63,710 nucleotides of DNA from a virus (taxonomy: Duplodnaviria > Caudoviricetes): positions 1 to 63,710 of the IMG/VR virus record IMGVR_UViG_3300024182_000006. One strand, 5' to 3'. Within the stretch, counting starts at the first letter, position 1; each line of letters begins with the position of its first letter. Made by a program: the position numbers and the translations under genes. The notes below the pieces were generated by a model. The model searched no databases, was not told where the DNA came from, and saw only the letters and a list, made by a program, of their open reading frames with translations. Shown here piece after piece: positions 36,139 through 45,777 of this stretch.

Positions 36139-36960
36139 CTAGAACAAGCTGTTGTCGATCACATCCGAATTGCCGCCGCTGCTACTACCACCACCGCCAC
36201 CGCCACTACTGTTATTTGTATCTCTGCGCTGCATCAGTTGGGTAATGAGATCGGTTACCGCCCCGCCCATATCCGCGCTGGACTGGTCGTTCTGATTGCG
36301 CAAGTTGAACAGCTGACTCATAAGAGCGTTATTCGAGGCGGCCGCCCCTTGCAACCCTCCAAACGAGGCGCCTAGAGCGCCGAGCCCCATGTTGGAGAGC
36401 TGTCCTCCGAGCCCCGCCAAACCGGACAGGGCGCTGTTACGCGCTCCGATCGTGGCTTTGTTCATTGCATCGGCTCGTGCCGAGAGCATTCCCAAACGCT
36501 GGCCGGAGGTGGCTGCGGTACGCGGAGCGCTCTCTGTCATATATTGCAGAGGTCGGTCGTAGCTGCTGGCGATATCCGAGAGCTGAGGATTGATCGACTC
36601 GAGTAGGGCATTGCGATCACCCCCCACCATGCGGTGGTACTGCTCGATCACCGGGGCCAGAGCAGTCACTCCCTGTTGCAGGGTGCTCATACCGTAGGGC
36701 ATGAGCTGCTTGGCGGCATCTGATTGCAAGCCGACCAGCCCTTCCTGTCCCGCCGCGGCTGCGTTCTGCGCCTTAGCCGCCTTCTTCTGGGCCATGTAGG
36801 CGCCCACGGCACTGATGACAGCGCCGATCACAGCGCCCCATCCGCATGGTTGGAACTGGAACTGCCCCGGATTGATAGGCCTTACTGAAGGGGGATTCCA
36901 GCGATCCGGTTCGTCAGTCGGGAACTGCTGGCGGTGCTGTTTCTCGCTGTTTACCCACAT
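36139..36960 (-). CDS. Ejection/pilot protein (T7 gp14 / P22 gp7-like)
   Basis: CGWGAVIGAVISAVGAYMAQKKAAKAQNAAAAGQ; Gly/Ala/Gln-rich. Confidence 0.65.
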   Translation of the reverse strand: MWVNSEKQHRQQFPTDEPDRWNPPSVRPINPGQFQFQPCGWGAVIGAVISAVGAYMAQKKAAKAQNAAAAGQEGLVGLQSDAAKQLMPYGMSTLQQGVTALAPVIEQYHRMVGGDRNALLESINPQLSDIASSYDRPLQYMTESAPRTAATSGQRLGMLSARADAMNKATIGARNSALSGLAGLGGQLSNMGLGALGASFGGLQGAAASNNALMSQLFNLRNQNDQSSADMGGAVTDLITQLMQRRDTNNSSGGGGGGSSSGGNSDVIDNSLF

Positions 36961-37432
36961 AATGCCTCCACACCCTCACCGGAACCAGCTCGAACCCATC
37001 CAACAGCGCTGTGGGAGGCGTACACCCCTCCTGCAAGTACACATCATAATACTCGTGACCAGGCACGTCGATCGGCTCGGTAGAATGATCCTGCTTCTCG
37101 AGCCATACCTGCTGGAGTGCATCCAGGATCGTGTGGTCGATCGCCCGGAAGATCGGGGCGAGCGTGTCCACTGCTTGCTGGAGGTTCCCGATCGGTTGTC
37201 CATCTGCTCCAGTGCCCGCCCCCGCAACAGCGAATGGACCAAATCGCAGGAGGCGCGATTGCAGGTAGCCGATGGCAGTCACATCTCCTCCAACAAGGAG
37301 CTGGTAGGCGTCCGAGAAGGCGGGGTCGGGAGGAGCGATCTCGGTGAATGATGCAACATCCGCATCAAACCGCTCCCGCTGCTCTTGGCTGACGAGAATC
37401 ACATGGGCATCTGAGTTCTGTTTTTCGGTCAT
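36914..37432 (-). CDS. Hypothetical virion-assembly protein
   Basis: Position before the pilot protein; preceded by TG-G-TAGGGT 6 nt before the ATG. Confidence 0.55.
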   Translation of the reverse strand: MTEKQNSDAHVILVSQEQRERFDADVASFTEIAPPDPAFSDAYQLLVGGDVTAIGYLQSRLLRFGPFAVAGAGTGADGQPIGNLQQAVDTLAPIFRAIDHTILDALQQVWLEKQDHSTEPIDVPGHEYYDVYLQEGCTPPTALLDGFELVPVRVWRHYVGKQRETAPPAVPD

Positions 37433-37462
37433 ATACGTACCCTACCACAGCTGCCCTATCTC

Positions 37463-37846
37463 TTAGGACACAGCGATCCATGAAGGGGGATTGGTCGTAC
37501 TGTCGAGGCAATAGAGCTTCGGCCCCACACGGATCAGCTCCTGGAGCGGCGCCGATTGGTGGCCCGAGACCGTGGGAAGCGCGGTGTAGGAGTTCACTCC
37601 CGCTTTCTGTGGATTGAGGGCAATGCCCGGCAGAGCCGTGATGTCCAGAGCGAGATCGTTCCCGCTTGTCAGATGGGACCGGATCATCGCAACGTCGCCA
37701 GGGGTGATCTGTGACGCTTCCTTAGCGATCTTGTGCGTCTGGTCCACGTTCTGACGAAGTGCGACAAGCTCGCGTGACATCTCCTGGAGCAGCGTGTAGA
37801 GCTGTGCGGGGTCGTGGACTGTTCCTAGATCGAATGAGCGTGGCAT
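37463..37846 (-). CDS. Small tail-associated protein
   Basis: TGATG coupling to the nozzle gene. Confidence 0.6.
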   Translation of the reverse strand: MPRSFDLGTVHDPAQLYTLLQEMSRELVALRQNVDQTHKIAKEASQITPGDVAMIRSHLTSGNDLALDITALPGIALNPQKAGVNSYTALPTVSGHQSAPLQELIRVGPKLYCLDSTTNPPSWIAVS

Positions 37847-40800
37847 CAGACTCGGGCTCCTGTAATGCGCGATTCATCTCCGAATGGGTGTGCGCGGACC
37901 CACTCGCCGCTCGTCCAACCGCGTACCCGAATCCACGAGTCACGACGGTAGAGCGAGCATTGGCCGGAGAGCATAGTCAACTCGTAACGTACGGCCTCCG
38001 CTTTGGCACAAGAGATGGGGAAGTATTCCGGCTTGCGTAGCCCCGCGGTAGAGGGGATATCGACCGAGAAGAGCTGGGCATTGGTGGCTGCATCGAGAAT
38101 ACGGAATCGGGCAATACCCGTTGAGCGGAGCATGATCATCCCATCGCGCCACACCTTCCACGCCTCATCAATATCGTGGGTGGTCTGTTGCGTGAGGTAG
38201 TAGTCGGCCAATTCTGGCTCAGGCTCCCAGACCCAACGGGTGGGGGGAACGGGCCACACACGCGCGGGGGAGAGTGGTGTGAGTCGCACGAGATGGGCCA
38301 GAATCGGTGGGTTGAAGTCATACTGCTTCTGCGCCCGCCCGTTGTGATTGACGCCGGCGATTGTATAGGCGGCCGCGTTCTCGTCGGTATCCACGCGGAT
38401 CGAGACGCTCGCCCCTTCCGTATCGGCGTCGATCACCACACCCTGGATGTATTTCAACCCGTCGTAGCCTAGAGCACTCCACGCTTGGCTTTCGGTAGAC
38501 AGATCGGGCGCGGGATCGGCATCCCAGGTCCACGCGAAGCGCATCCACGAGGCGGAGTCTGTGGGGAGGATACGCATCGTGTACGCGTAGAAGGGCGGGT
38601 TGAACGGGAAGAACTGCCGCGAGCGCCCGTTGGAAGTGATCCCTGTAATCGTGTAGGCCGTGGTGGTATTGCCATCCTTCTGGATCACCGCCGATCGACT
38701 CGCGCCGAAGGTATCGTGATCGATCCAGATGCCGCGCACGAACTTGCTTCCCGGCATCCCTCCATCCTCGTAATCGGTTGCCTCGAGGAACGTGTCCACA
38801 GGCCGGTCGAGCCAGGTCGGTTCCCAGGCATAGAGGATGGGACGGTCAGTCGAGGAGGAGCCGGAGTAGTCCACCGCCACGTCGCGTGCGAACTGTCCCG
38901 CCCCCGAATTGATGTCGACCACCACCACCTGCTTGGTACCCGAGCTCCCCGAGATCGTCTTGCTGGGGCCGGAAACCGCGGCGCTGTCGAAGTACAGCTG
39001 GGCGACCACCGAGCCCCCTCCGCTATCCACCTCGACCCACGTATCCCCCACCTGCTTACGGGGGCGGGGGTCGCCCATGTTCTCGGACACGGTGCGCGCC
39101 TTCCAGGAGAACGCCGAGCCGAGATCCCCCTGACCCATCACCGCTTTGTACAGCTTCCCCGTAGACTCGTTCGAGCCTACAAGCAAGGCCTGCTTCCCCT
39201 CTCCACGCTCAAAATGGTGGATCGTCCCCACGCTATAGACCCACGGCCACCAGCCGATACTCCCCGCCTTCTCTCTCCCCGCTAGCACACGAGGATTGCC
39301 GCTAGCGTCAATGTAGTTGAAGATCAACCACTTCTGCCCCCACTCGAGCCGGGTTTTGCCCTGACGGGATAGAGACAGGTCGGGGGGCTGGAAACCGTTG
39401 ACAGCTTGCCCGGCCAACCCCTCGTGAGGGAAAAGCGGGTAGAGATCCCCATCGGTTAGAGAGATGGCCACACCCCCAGCGCTCGCGAGAATGCCGCTCT
39501 TGGCGAGCCAATAGAGACGGTCACCGACGACGAACGCCCATTTCAGAGCGAGGCCCTCCGCCCCAGGGATACGATCGAATCGCACGAGCAGATCGCCCGC
39601 CGGATCAACCCCCAGAAACTCCATACGGTAGAGATTTTCGAGAGTGAACACGTAAACCGACCCGTTCCAGTACCCCAACCCCTGGATGGGGTCTGAGGGG
39701 TTGCCGATCGGAAAGTGGAGTGTCTCGATCGTCGAGTCAAACTCATCGGTACGGGAGATATAGACGACATCGGGGTTGCGGTAATCCCCCGCAGCCACGA
39801 GACGATTGGCCGAGATTGCGTGGGTAAAGAATGGGAGAGGCTGCGCGAGGAGAACGGGAGAGTTGATCTCCCAGGAGATGTGGGTTCCATCTCCCGCGTT
39901 CTCGTACAGGTCGACAAGACTCGTAGAGATGACACGGCGAAGCGTCGCCTGCACCCCGTTCGCCGTGATCTCAGTGCCTGGGGCGAGGGAGAGAGAGAAG
40001 GGGGCGGAAGAGTCGTATAGGAGCGTCCCCGCAAGAGTGGTCGTGGTCGTGCCCGGTGGACTGGAAATCGGCTTGATCTGGACTGGCCAGAGTTGACGGT
40101 GATCGGCCGTGCCCATCTCCAACCCAGACAGCACTGTCTGATTGCTGACCTTGTCGAGGAGGATGACATCCCCTGTACGGCTGACAGGATTGTCGATCGT
40201 CATGAGAGGGCGCCAGCCAGGGATCGGGCCGCCAAACCGCTCAAAGTCGAGCTTATCCGCCTCGGGGGAGGGGTGGGCAGGGGCGGTGACGTAAACGAAC
40301 TGGCGGCTGGGACGTGGGGTGTGCCTCGAGGGAGGGGATGGGTCCGACACCACTCCCGTGGAGCTGTCGCGGGCACGGTAGCGGTAGGAATAGCCGGCAT
40401 CCGCAACGGAAATATCTGGATCGAATCCGCCGTGGATGCACCACCCCGCCACATCGAGGAGCACATTCGCCGAGCACATCAACGTGATCCGGATCGCTTT
40501 GATGTTGGCTAGGCCCCGGGTCGTATCCTCCCCCACCCGCTGCATCTCGGAGAGACGGAAAGTGATCGAAGCGAACTGATCGACTCCTGTCCCCCCCTGT
40601 GAGCGGGAGGACTGAGTGCGTTCGGAATTGGTGAGTACGGTGGGGTCGACGATGTTCGCATTGGCCAGGTTGGGGTCGTCTGGAGTATCGGGGAGGATCG
40701 TCCCCCCTTTCGTCTTGAGGGGGGGATTGGGGACGTACGAGTCGTAATTCCCATACCCGTCGTAAGGGGTCGCGATCGTCGGATAGTCGACAAATCGATT

Positions 40801-42189
40801 GGCGAGCTGTTGACGACGATTCTCCAGAGCGGCCTGCGTATCCACAAGAACGGGGAGCAGATCGTTGGGATCGATCGTACGGAAGAAGTAGTTGCGTGTG
40901 AAGTTATTGGTAGCCGAGTCCACATCCAGGAAGAGCTTGATCTCACTGACGGCTGAGGGAACGTCTACGCGCATGCGGATCGTCATCCAATCGTTGCTTG
41001 TAGATGCGATCGGATTACCCCCGAGAATGGTGTTGTCGGTGATGCCCGTCAGATCGAGATTGATCGTCTTGGACATCGTCGAGGGGGTGTTGGCCGGAGT
41101 CGTGGTGACGGAGAATCGCAATCCGTCGGAGAAGATCGCCCCCGTAATTGCTGGGGGGGCGTTCATGATGCAAACGAACGAGGGCACTGTCTGGATCGCA
41201 TCCCCTGAGACGCGTGTCGCCACCGTCTTGACGATGAGCACCAAGTCCCCATTCACCCCTGGAACCACCTGGCGGATGCGCACGTACTCCGAGGTGGAAG
41301 CTCCCGTGATCTTGAGTAGAGCGTTCTGTTCGAACTCGCGAACCGAGGAGCTCACGGTGATCGCGCACAGACCTGAGGAGCCAGACTCGTAGAGGATCAG
41401 GCTGATAGTGAAACTCGTCGAGCCCCGGTGCGTCTCGAGTACCAGTACGTTCTCATTGGCGGGGGGAAAGTCCGTGTCGAGAATCTTGAGGATCGAGTTC
41501 ACTCCGATATTCGAGGGATCAGCCGGCTGGATGCAGCAGAAAAATCCACCTCCCCCAAGAATCTCGTTGGGGCTCGCCGCAACGGTTGTCGTATTGACAG
41601 GGGCGCCCACTGACGCGGAGAGCAGGAGAGGGCCAGTTGCCGTGAGTGCCGCAGTCCACCCGGTGGTAGCCCACATGAGATCGACGACGCGGTAATAGGC
41701 CGAGCTGACCAGGCAATCGGGCGCGTTGCCTGGTGGGGGCAGCCCGATCTGCTTGATCGCGCCGGTCACATCCACCTTGCGCATGCGGAGCGAATCTCCG
41801 ACGTAGATCCACGGCTGGGGGCTGTCGGGAGGGTGGAGTTGGGTCAGGCTGAGGGGGTTACCGCTGTAGGGTCCGTCGAGATCGGTGATGGTACCCACAG
41901 CAGTGGATTTTTCGATACAGAGACGGTCGCCAACGCCACTGACCCGTGCCCAGAGAAGGGTGCCCGAGGAGCTGTCATTGAGCTCGTTGATCGAGTGCCA
42001 GGGGGATTTGCCCGAGGGGCCGGTAGCGATTGCCGATCCCAGACCTGCGCGGGGGGTAACGGTCCCGTCGATCACCGAGATCATATTCTCGAGGATCGGC
42101 ATCTTGCGCGGCGGGGTGCGATCGACGGGGCGGGCCAGATCGATCCCGTCGCACTCGAGAAGCTTCTGTCCGCGACCGTACTCGCTCAT
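37846..42189 (-). CDS. Very large tail nozzle / tubular-B / stabilisation-like protein (1447 aa)
   Basis: N-terminal GIDL...LENM...G.VTPRAG, beta-propeller-like core, repeated C-terminal beta domains; follows the adaptor. Confidence 0.7.
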   Translation of the reverse strand: MSEYGRGQKLLECDGIDLARPVDRTPPRKMPILENMISVIDGTVTPRAGLGSAIATGPSGKSPWHSINELNDSSSGTLLWARVSGVGDRLCIEKSTAVGTITDLDGPYSGNPLSLTQLHPPDSPQPWIYVGDSLRMRKVDVTGAIKQIGLPPPGNAPDCLVSSAYYRVVDLMWATTGWTAALTATGPLLLSASVGAPVNTTTVAASPNEILGGGGFFCCIQPADPSNIGVNSILKILDTDFPPANENVLVLETHRGSTSFTISLILYESGSSGLCAITVSSSVREFEQNALLKITGASTSEYVRIRQVVPGVNGDLVLIVKTVATRVSGDAIQTVPSFVCIMNAPPAITGAIFSDGLRFSVTTTPANTPSTMSKTINLDLTGITDNTILGGNPIASTSNDWMTIRMRVDVPSAVSEIKLFLDVDSATNNFTRNYFFRTIDPNDLLPVLVDTQAALENRRQQLANRFVDYPTIATPYDGYGNYDSYVPNPPLKTKGGTILPDTPDDPNLANANIVDPTVLTNSERTQSSRSQGGTGVDQFASITFRLSEMQRVGEDTTRGLANIKAIRITLMCSANVLLDVAGWCIHGGFDPDISVADAGYSYRYRARDSSTGVVSDPSPPSRHTPRPSRQFVYVTAPAHPSPEADKLDFERFGGPIPGWRPLMTIDNPVSRTGDVILLDKVSNQTVLSGLEMGTADHRQLWPVQIKPISSPPGTTTTTLAGTLLYDSSAPFSLSLAPGTEITANGVQATLRRVISTSLVDLYENAGDGTHISWEINSPVLLAQPLPFFTHAISANRLVAAGDYRNPDVVYISRTDEFDSTIETLHFPIGNPSDPIQGLGYWNGSVYVFTLENLYRMEFLGVDPAGDLLVRFDRIPGAEGLALKWAFVVGDRLYWLAKSGILASAGGVAISLTDGDLYPLFPHEGLAGQAVNGFQPPDLSLSRQGKTRLEWGQKWLIFNYIDASGNPRVLAGREKAGSIGWWPWVYSVGTIHHFERGEGKQALLVGSNESTGKLYKAVMGQGDLGSAFSWKARTVSENMGDPRPRKQVGDTWVEVDSGGGSVVAQLYFDSAAVSGPSKTISGSSGTKQVVVVDINSGAGQFARDVAVDYSGSSSTDRPILYAWEPTWLDRPVDTFLEATDYEDGGMPGSKFVRGIWIDHDTFGASRSAVIQKDGNTTTAYTITGITSNGRSRQFFPFNPPFYAYTMRILPTDSASWMRFAWTWDADPAPDLSTESQAWSALGYDGLKYIQGVVIDADTEGASVSIRVDTDENAAAYTIAGVNHNGRAQKQYDFNPPILAHLVRLTPLSPARVWPVPPTRWVWEPEPELADYYLTQQTTHDIDEAWKVWRDGMIMLRSTGIARFRILDAATNAQLFSVDIPSTAGLRKPEYFPISCAKAEAVRYELTMLSGQCSLYRRDSWIRVRGWTSGEWVRAHPFGDESRITGARV

Positions 42190-43547
42190 CGCTGCTTCTC
42201 CGGAGGCGAGAGCAGCGTACCCACCCCCCGTCCAGGTTGGCGCTCTGGGCGGTAGTTCTCATCCTGGCGGGAGAGCTGCTGGCTCGGCTCGGCCTTGTTC
42301 CACACCGACATCTTCGTATTGTATCGAGAGCACCCTGCAATGAAACTCTGAAACAGACGAGCCGCGTCGTCCATCATCGCTGCGCCGAGCTTGAGCATGG
42401 CAGTGGATTCGGCGCCATCGAGTAGAGCCGCGAGATCCTCCCGCCCGAGTTGAATCGGATCAGCGAGAGTTGGGGGGATCGGGGCTTTGGCCACGACGCT
42501 GAAGGTGATCTGGTAAGCCCGATCGGGGACGGGTTGGATACCCACCATGTTGCCGCCAATCAGCCCCGCGTTCTTCGGAGCACCACGGCGCGCGCTCTGC
42601 CAATGGGGAGCGGCGTACAGGTAATCGAGACCAGCCAGGGGGGAGGGGATGATCGGTACGCCCTCAGCCTCGATGAACAGAACCTGGGCCATCTGATTGG
42701 TAAGGGCCATTCCCATCTGGTAGCGCTGACGGTAAACCTGCGCGCGCGCGGGATCTGCTGCCTCCCCATCCTTCTCGAGGAGTAGAGCCATCGCGAGCGA
42801 GCGCACGATCCAGGTGGTGTCATCAGGCACCCCGAGCACGATGCCGGCGGTGGGATCGAGATCGGTTCCCGTGAGCACAGTGAGCAGCTCGACTGTACCC
42901 GTGTCGTCGTTGGTGGGGATGAGCTGCATCGCGAGTGGCGGGGACGAGAGGATCGAGTACGTGCGCGGGGTGCCTGGTTGGAGCGGGTAGAGCTGGTTGT
43001 ACGAGGCTGCCGAGAGCTGGTCGCTCCAATGAAGATTCGAGTACTGACCATTTTGAGCGCGCCACATGGCACGGCGGATCGCTGTGGTCGTGTCGCCCAG
43101 GTCCACCTGCCCTGTGCCAGGAGGGGCGAGATAGGATTGTTGCGAGAGCGTCGTCATCGTCGAGTCAAGGAACTCGTTGCGCGCACGCTGCAATTCGGCG
43201 ACGAGCTCGGCGAGGGAGAACTGGGAGGAGCCATTCCACGTGGTGGTGGACGCAGGCTCGCAGAGTTGGAAGCACATCAAAGGCAACAGATCCACGTCGC
43301 GTACGGTGTAGTCGAGGATGCCTGCCGGCTGGAGTAGAGAATTCAGATCGTAGAGGGCGATGCCGGCTGTGGTGGTGAGGGTGCCGGTGTTGCGCCAGAA
43401 GCCGGTAGCCAAACCCCACATGCGGAGTGTTTCGGTGATGATGGCGATGAGTTCGGCCTGAGTCCACTGCACCATGGACGGATCATCGAGGCGCGCAGCC
43501 AAAGTCGAAACAGCCCCGCCGAGAGTGGTGTGCGTGTATGTGGTCAC
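42186..43547 (-). CDS. Head-tail adaptor (tubular A-like), internally duplicated
   Basis: TLGGAV..LAARLDD....WTQAELI..I, GTPRTY, IQPVPDRAY. Confidence 0.65.
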   Translation of the reverse strand: MTTYTHTTLGGAVSTLAARLDDPSMVQWTQAELIAIITETLRMWGLATGFWRNTGTLTTTAGIALYDLNSLLQPAGILDYTVRDVDLLPLMCFQLCEPASTTTWNGSSQFSLAELVAELQRARNEFLDSTMTTLSQQSYLAPPGTGQVDLGDTTTAIRRAMWRAQNGQYSNLHWSDQLSAASYNQLYPLQPGTPRTYSILSSPPLAMQLIPTNDDTGTVELLTVLTGTDLDPTAGIVLGVPDDTTWIVRSLAMALLLEKDGEAADPARAQVYRQRYQMGMALTNQMAQVLFIEAEGVPIIPSPLAGLDYLYAAPHWQSARRGAPKNAGLIGGNMVGIQPVPDRAYQITFSVVAKAPIPPTLADPIQLGREDLAALLDGAESTAMLKLGAAMMDDAARLFQSFIAGCSRYNTKMSVWNKAEPSQQLSRQDENYRPERQPGRGVGTLLSPPEKQR

Positions 43548-45310
43548 TTGCGCTCTACCGAGATGTAACCGATCGAGTACGTGCCGCCTGCCGTGAGATT
43601 CGTTCCATTATTATCGAATTGGACTGTGAAGTCATTCGCTGTGCGCGCGGTGATCTGGACAGAAGCCCCCGCCGCCCAGGCAGTTCCCCCGAAGATGAGG
43701 GAAGGGACGATGACCGGGAGAGCCACCCCCACCGATGGATATTCGTAGGTGACCTTAACCGTTCCCGAGGAGGCAGGCGTGGTGACGGTGGGAAAGAGGA
43801 GCACGATGCCCGTGTGATCGGTAGAGGCGGCGTCGGTGGTCACAGTGCCCGAGGGGCCAGTGAGCGTGCTCGCAGTGGGGCCAGACCCGTCGTTGTACGA
43901 GGCGACCTTGCCCATCGAGACGTTGGGCGTGTTGCCTGTGCCGTAGGTGGAGAAGCGTTGGGTGCCCGTAGCCCCGTCATAGAAAGTCCCGAGGATACGC
44001 GTGGAGAAGAACCGATTGAAGTTTCCCTGGCCCCCTAACGGGCTGATAGACACGTTGTTGAGTAGGCCGCCAAAGATGGCGTTTTCTCCTCCAGCGGCAA
44101 GAGAGGTGCTGTTGAGGACGAAGGTACCGTTGCTCGTGACGTTGATGAATGTGTTGTACGGCTCGTCGACGATGAAATCATACCCACCCGAGTTGGCCTC
44201 GCAGAAGAAGTTGATGACCGTATTCTTGATATTCGTGTTCGAGTGGACGGCGGGCAGACTCATCCCGATGATGTTGTCCTCCGACGTGCCACCGAGAAAC
44301 GTATTCCCCTCGCAGTCATTGCAGAGGATGCCGATGCCCGCTCCTGTGATCACCCCTTCGACAGTGAGATTCGTGAACACGTTGTCGATCGTGTTCTCCA
44401 CTGGGTCGCGTCTGCCCAGCTTGAGCCCATATGTGGGGCGGAAGGTGAATGTGAGACATCGCGGGGAGATGCAGACGTTGTCGAAATGCGAGAGGATCGC
44501 GTAGGAGGTCTCGATCCCAGTGACGACATCTGCGAGCGAGACATCAGCAAAGCGCCCTCCAGCAAGCGCACGGAGGTATAAGCCGACAGTCGCGGAGGTA
44601 TTGCCCACGACCGACATCTTTTCCATATAGACGTCGCTCACGATCGCGATTGTCACCCCTGCGTCGAAGTCGATCGCATGCCCCGAGCCCGTGAAATGCA
44701 GGACGGAGATCCCCGCCCCGTCGCCTAGGAGATGGATGCCGTTGAGGCCGAGATGGAGTGTGGAGGCGTAACTGTACTGGCCGGAAGGGAAGTAATACGC
44801 CGTGCGCGCGGTCCAGGTGATCGCCGAGTCCCACCCAGTCCAGGGATCGAGCGTGGTACCCGTGCCCCCCGTGGCGTATTGAGCCACATTCGTGACGAGG
44901 GAACCAGAAGCGTTCCCGATGATCTGATTGGGGAGAGTGAAAGGGGAGGAGATCCCCGTACCGGAGAAACGAATGTCGTAGGCTCCGTTGGCGGCGTAAA
45001 ACGCCCAGAAGCCGTAGGCGTCAGCGGTGAACGGATTGGTCTTGAGGCCCCCCGTTGCCGTGGAGTAGATCGTGGCTGGGGTAATTGTCCCCGCGATGTA
45101 TACCGTGACCAGAGCGTACGGGTAGGATGCCTGGACGTGAGTCGTGCATGGCTGGATTGGTAGAGGCAGGCATGGGGGAGTCGTCACCGCGGTCTGGCCG
45201 CCACGTTCGGCGTATCCAGAAAGGGACCCGAGAGCATAGAGGCTTGGGGCGGCGAGGACGAGAGCCGAGAACAGAACGGCCATTATGAGCGTACGGTGCG
45301 GTGCGGACAT
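43544..45310 (-). CDS. Tailspike (anchor domain, beta-helix and C-terminal beta-sandwich) with N-terminal signal peptide
   Basis: Signal MSAPHRTLIMAVLFSALVLAAPSLYA; VTVYIAGT..PATIYS....NPFTADAYG anchor domain; YFPSGQY...GIHLLGDG pectate-lyase-3-like start; Asn-ladder beta-helix. Confidence 0.75.
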   Translation of the reverse strand: MSAPHRTLIMAVLFSALVLAAPSLYALGSLSGYAERGGQTAVTTPPCLPLPIQPCTTHVQASYPYALVTVYIAGTITPATIYSTATGGLKTNPFTADAYGFWAFYAANGAYDIRFSGTGISSPFTLPNQIIGNASGSLVTNVAQYATGGTGTTLDPWTGWDSAITWTARTAYYFPSGQYSYASTLHLGLNGIHLLGDGAGISVLHFTGSGHAIDFDAGVTIAIVSDVYMEKMSVVGNTSATVGLYLRALAGGRFADVSLADVVTGIETSYAILSHFDNVCISPRCLTFTFRPTYGLKLGRRDPVENTIDNVFTNLTVEGVITGAGIGILCNDCEGNTFLGGTSEDNIIGMSLPAVHSNTNIKNTVINFFCEANSGGYDFIVDEPYNTFINVTSNGTFVLNSTSLAAGGENAIFGGLLNNVSISPLGGQGNFNRFFSTRILGTFYDGATGTQRFSTYGTGNTPNVSMGKVASYNDGSGPTASTLTGPSGTVTTDAASTDHTGIVLLFPTVTTPASSGTVKVTYEYPSVGVALPVIVPSLIFGGTAWAAGASVQITARTANDFTVQFDNNGTNLTAGGTYSIGYISVERK

Positions 45311-45357
45311 AATTCCTTCTTTCCCTTGACCTTCTCGTTGCCGTAATCCAAATGATC

Positions 45358-45381
45358 AAAAGGCCGCGTAACTCGCGGCCT
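45358..45381 (-). terminator. Rho-independent terminator
   Basis: Minus strand aggccgcg-agtta-cgcggcct-ttt. Confidence 0.55.
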
Positions 45382-45407
45382 ATGAAAACACGCGGGGTGG
45401 TTGCGGG

Positions 45408-45728
45408 TTAGGCGCCTCTGACCCCAGGTCCGCGTCGCTCGAGATTCCCCTGCTCTGATGGGTCCGGGGGATAGGAGTAGTCAACATCTGACTCCATGAT
45501 GAATGTGGGGCAGCCGCCGTCGCCCGAGCTCTCTGCTGTGTCCCCCTCGAAGCTGGGAGCTAACGCCCCGCCCGATCCCTCGGACGGTGTGGATGGGCGA
45601 TAGCCAGCATCGAGGACCGCATCCGCGCCCTGGCCGCCATACGTGACCACGGGAGCCGACGAGGGGCCAGTGCCGCCACGTTTGTTGAGAGAGGACTTGG
45701 ACATATCGAGGACATCGTCGTTGGCCAT
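45408..45728 (-). CDS. Small acidic/Gly-rich hypothetical protein
   Basis: AAGGAG RBS. Confidence 0.6.
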   Translation of the reverse strand: MANDDVLDMSKSSLNKRGGTGPSSAPVVTYGGQGADAVLDAGYRPSTPSEGSGGALAPSFEGDTAESSGDGGCPTFIMESDVDYSYPPDPSEQGNLERRGPGVRGA

Positions 45729-45777
45729 CGTTGGCTCCTTGTCATACTGATCTGGTCAGGCGTTGGTCAGGCGTTGG

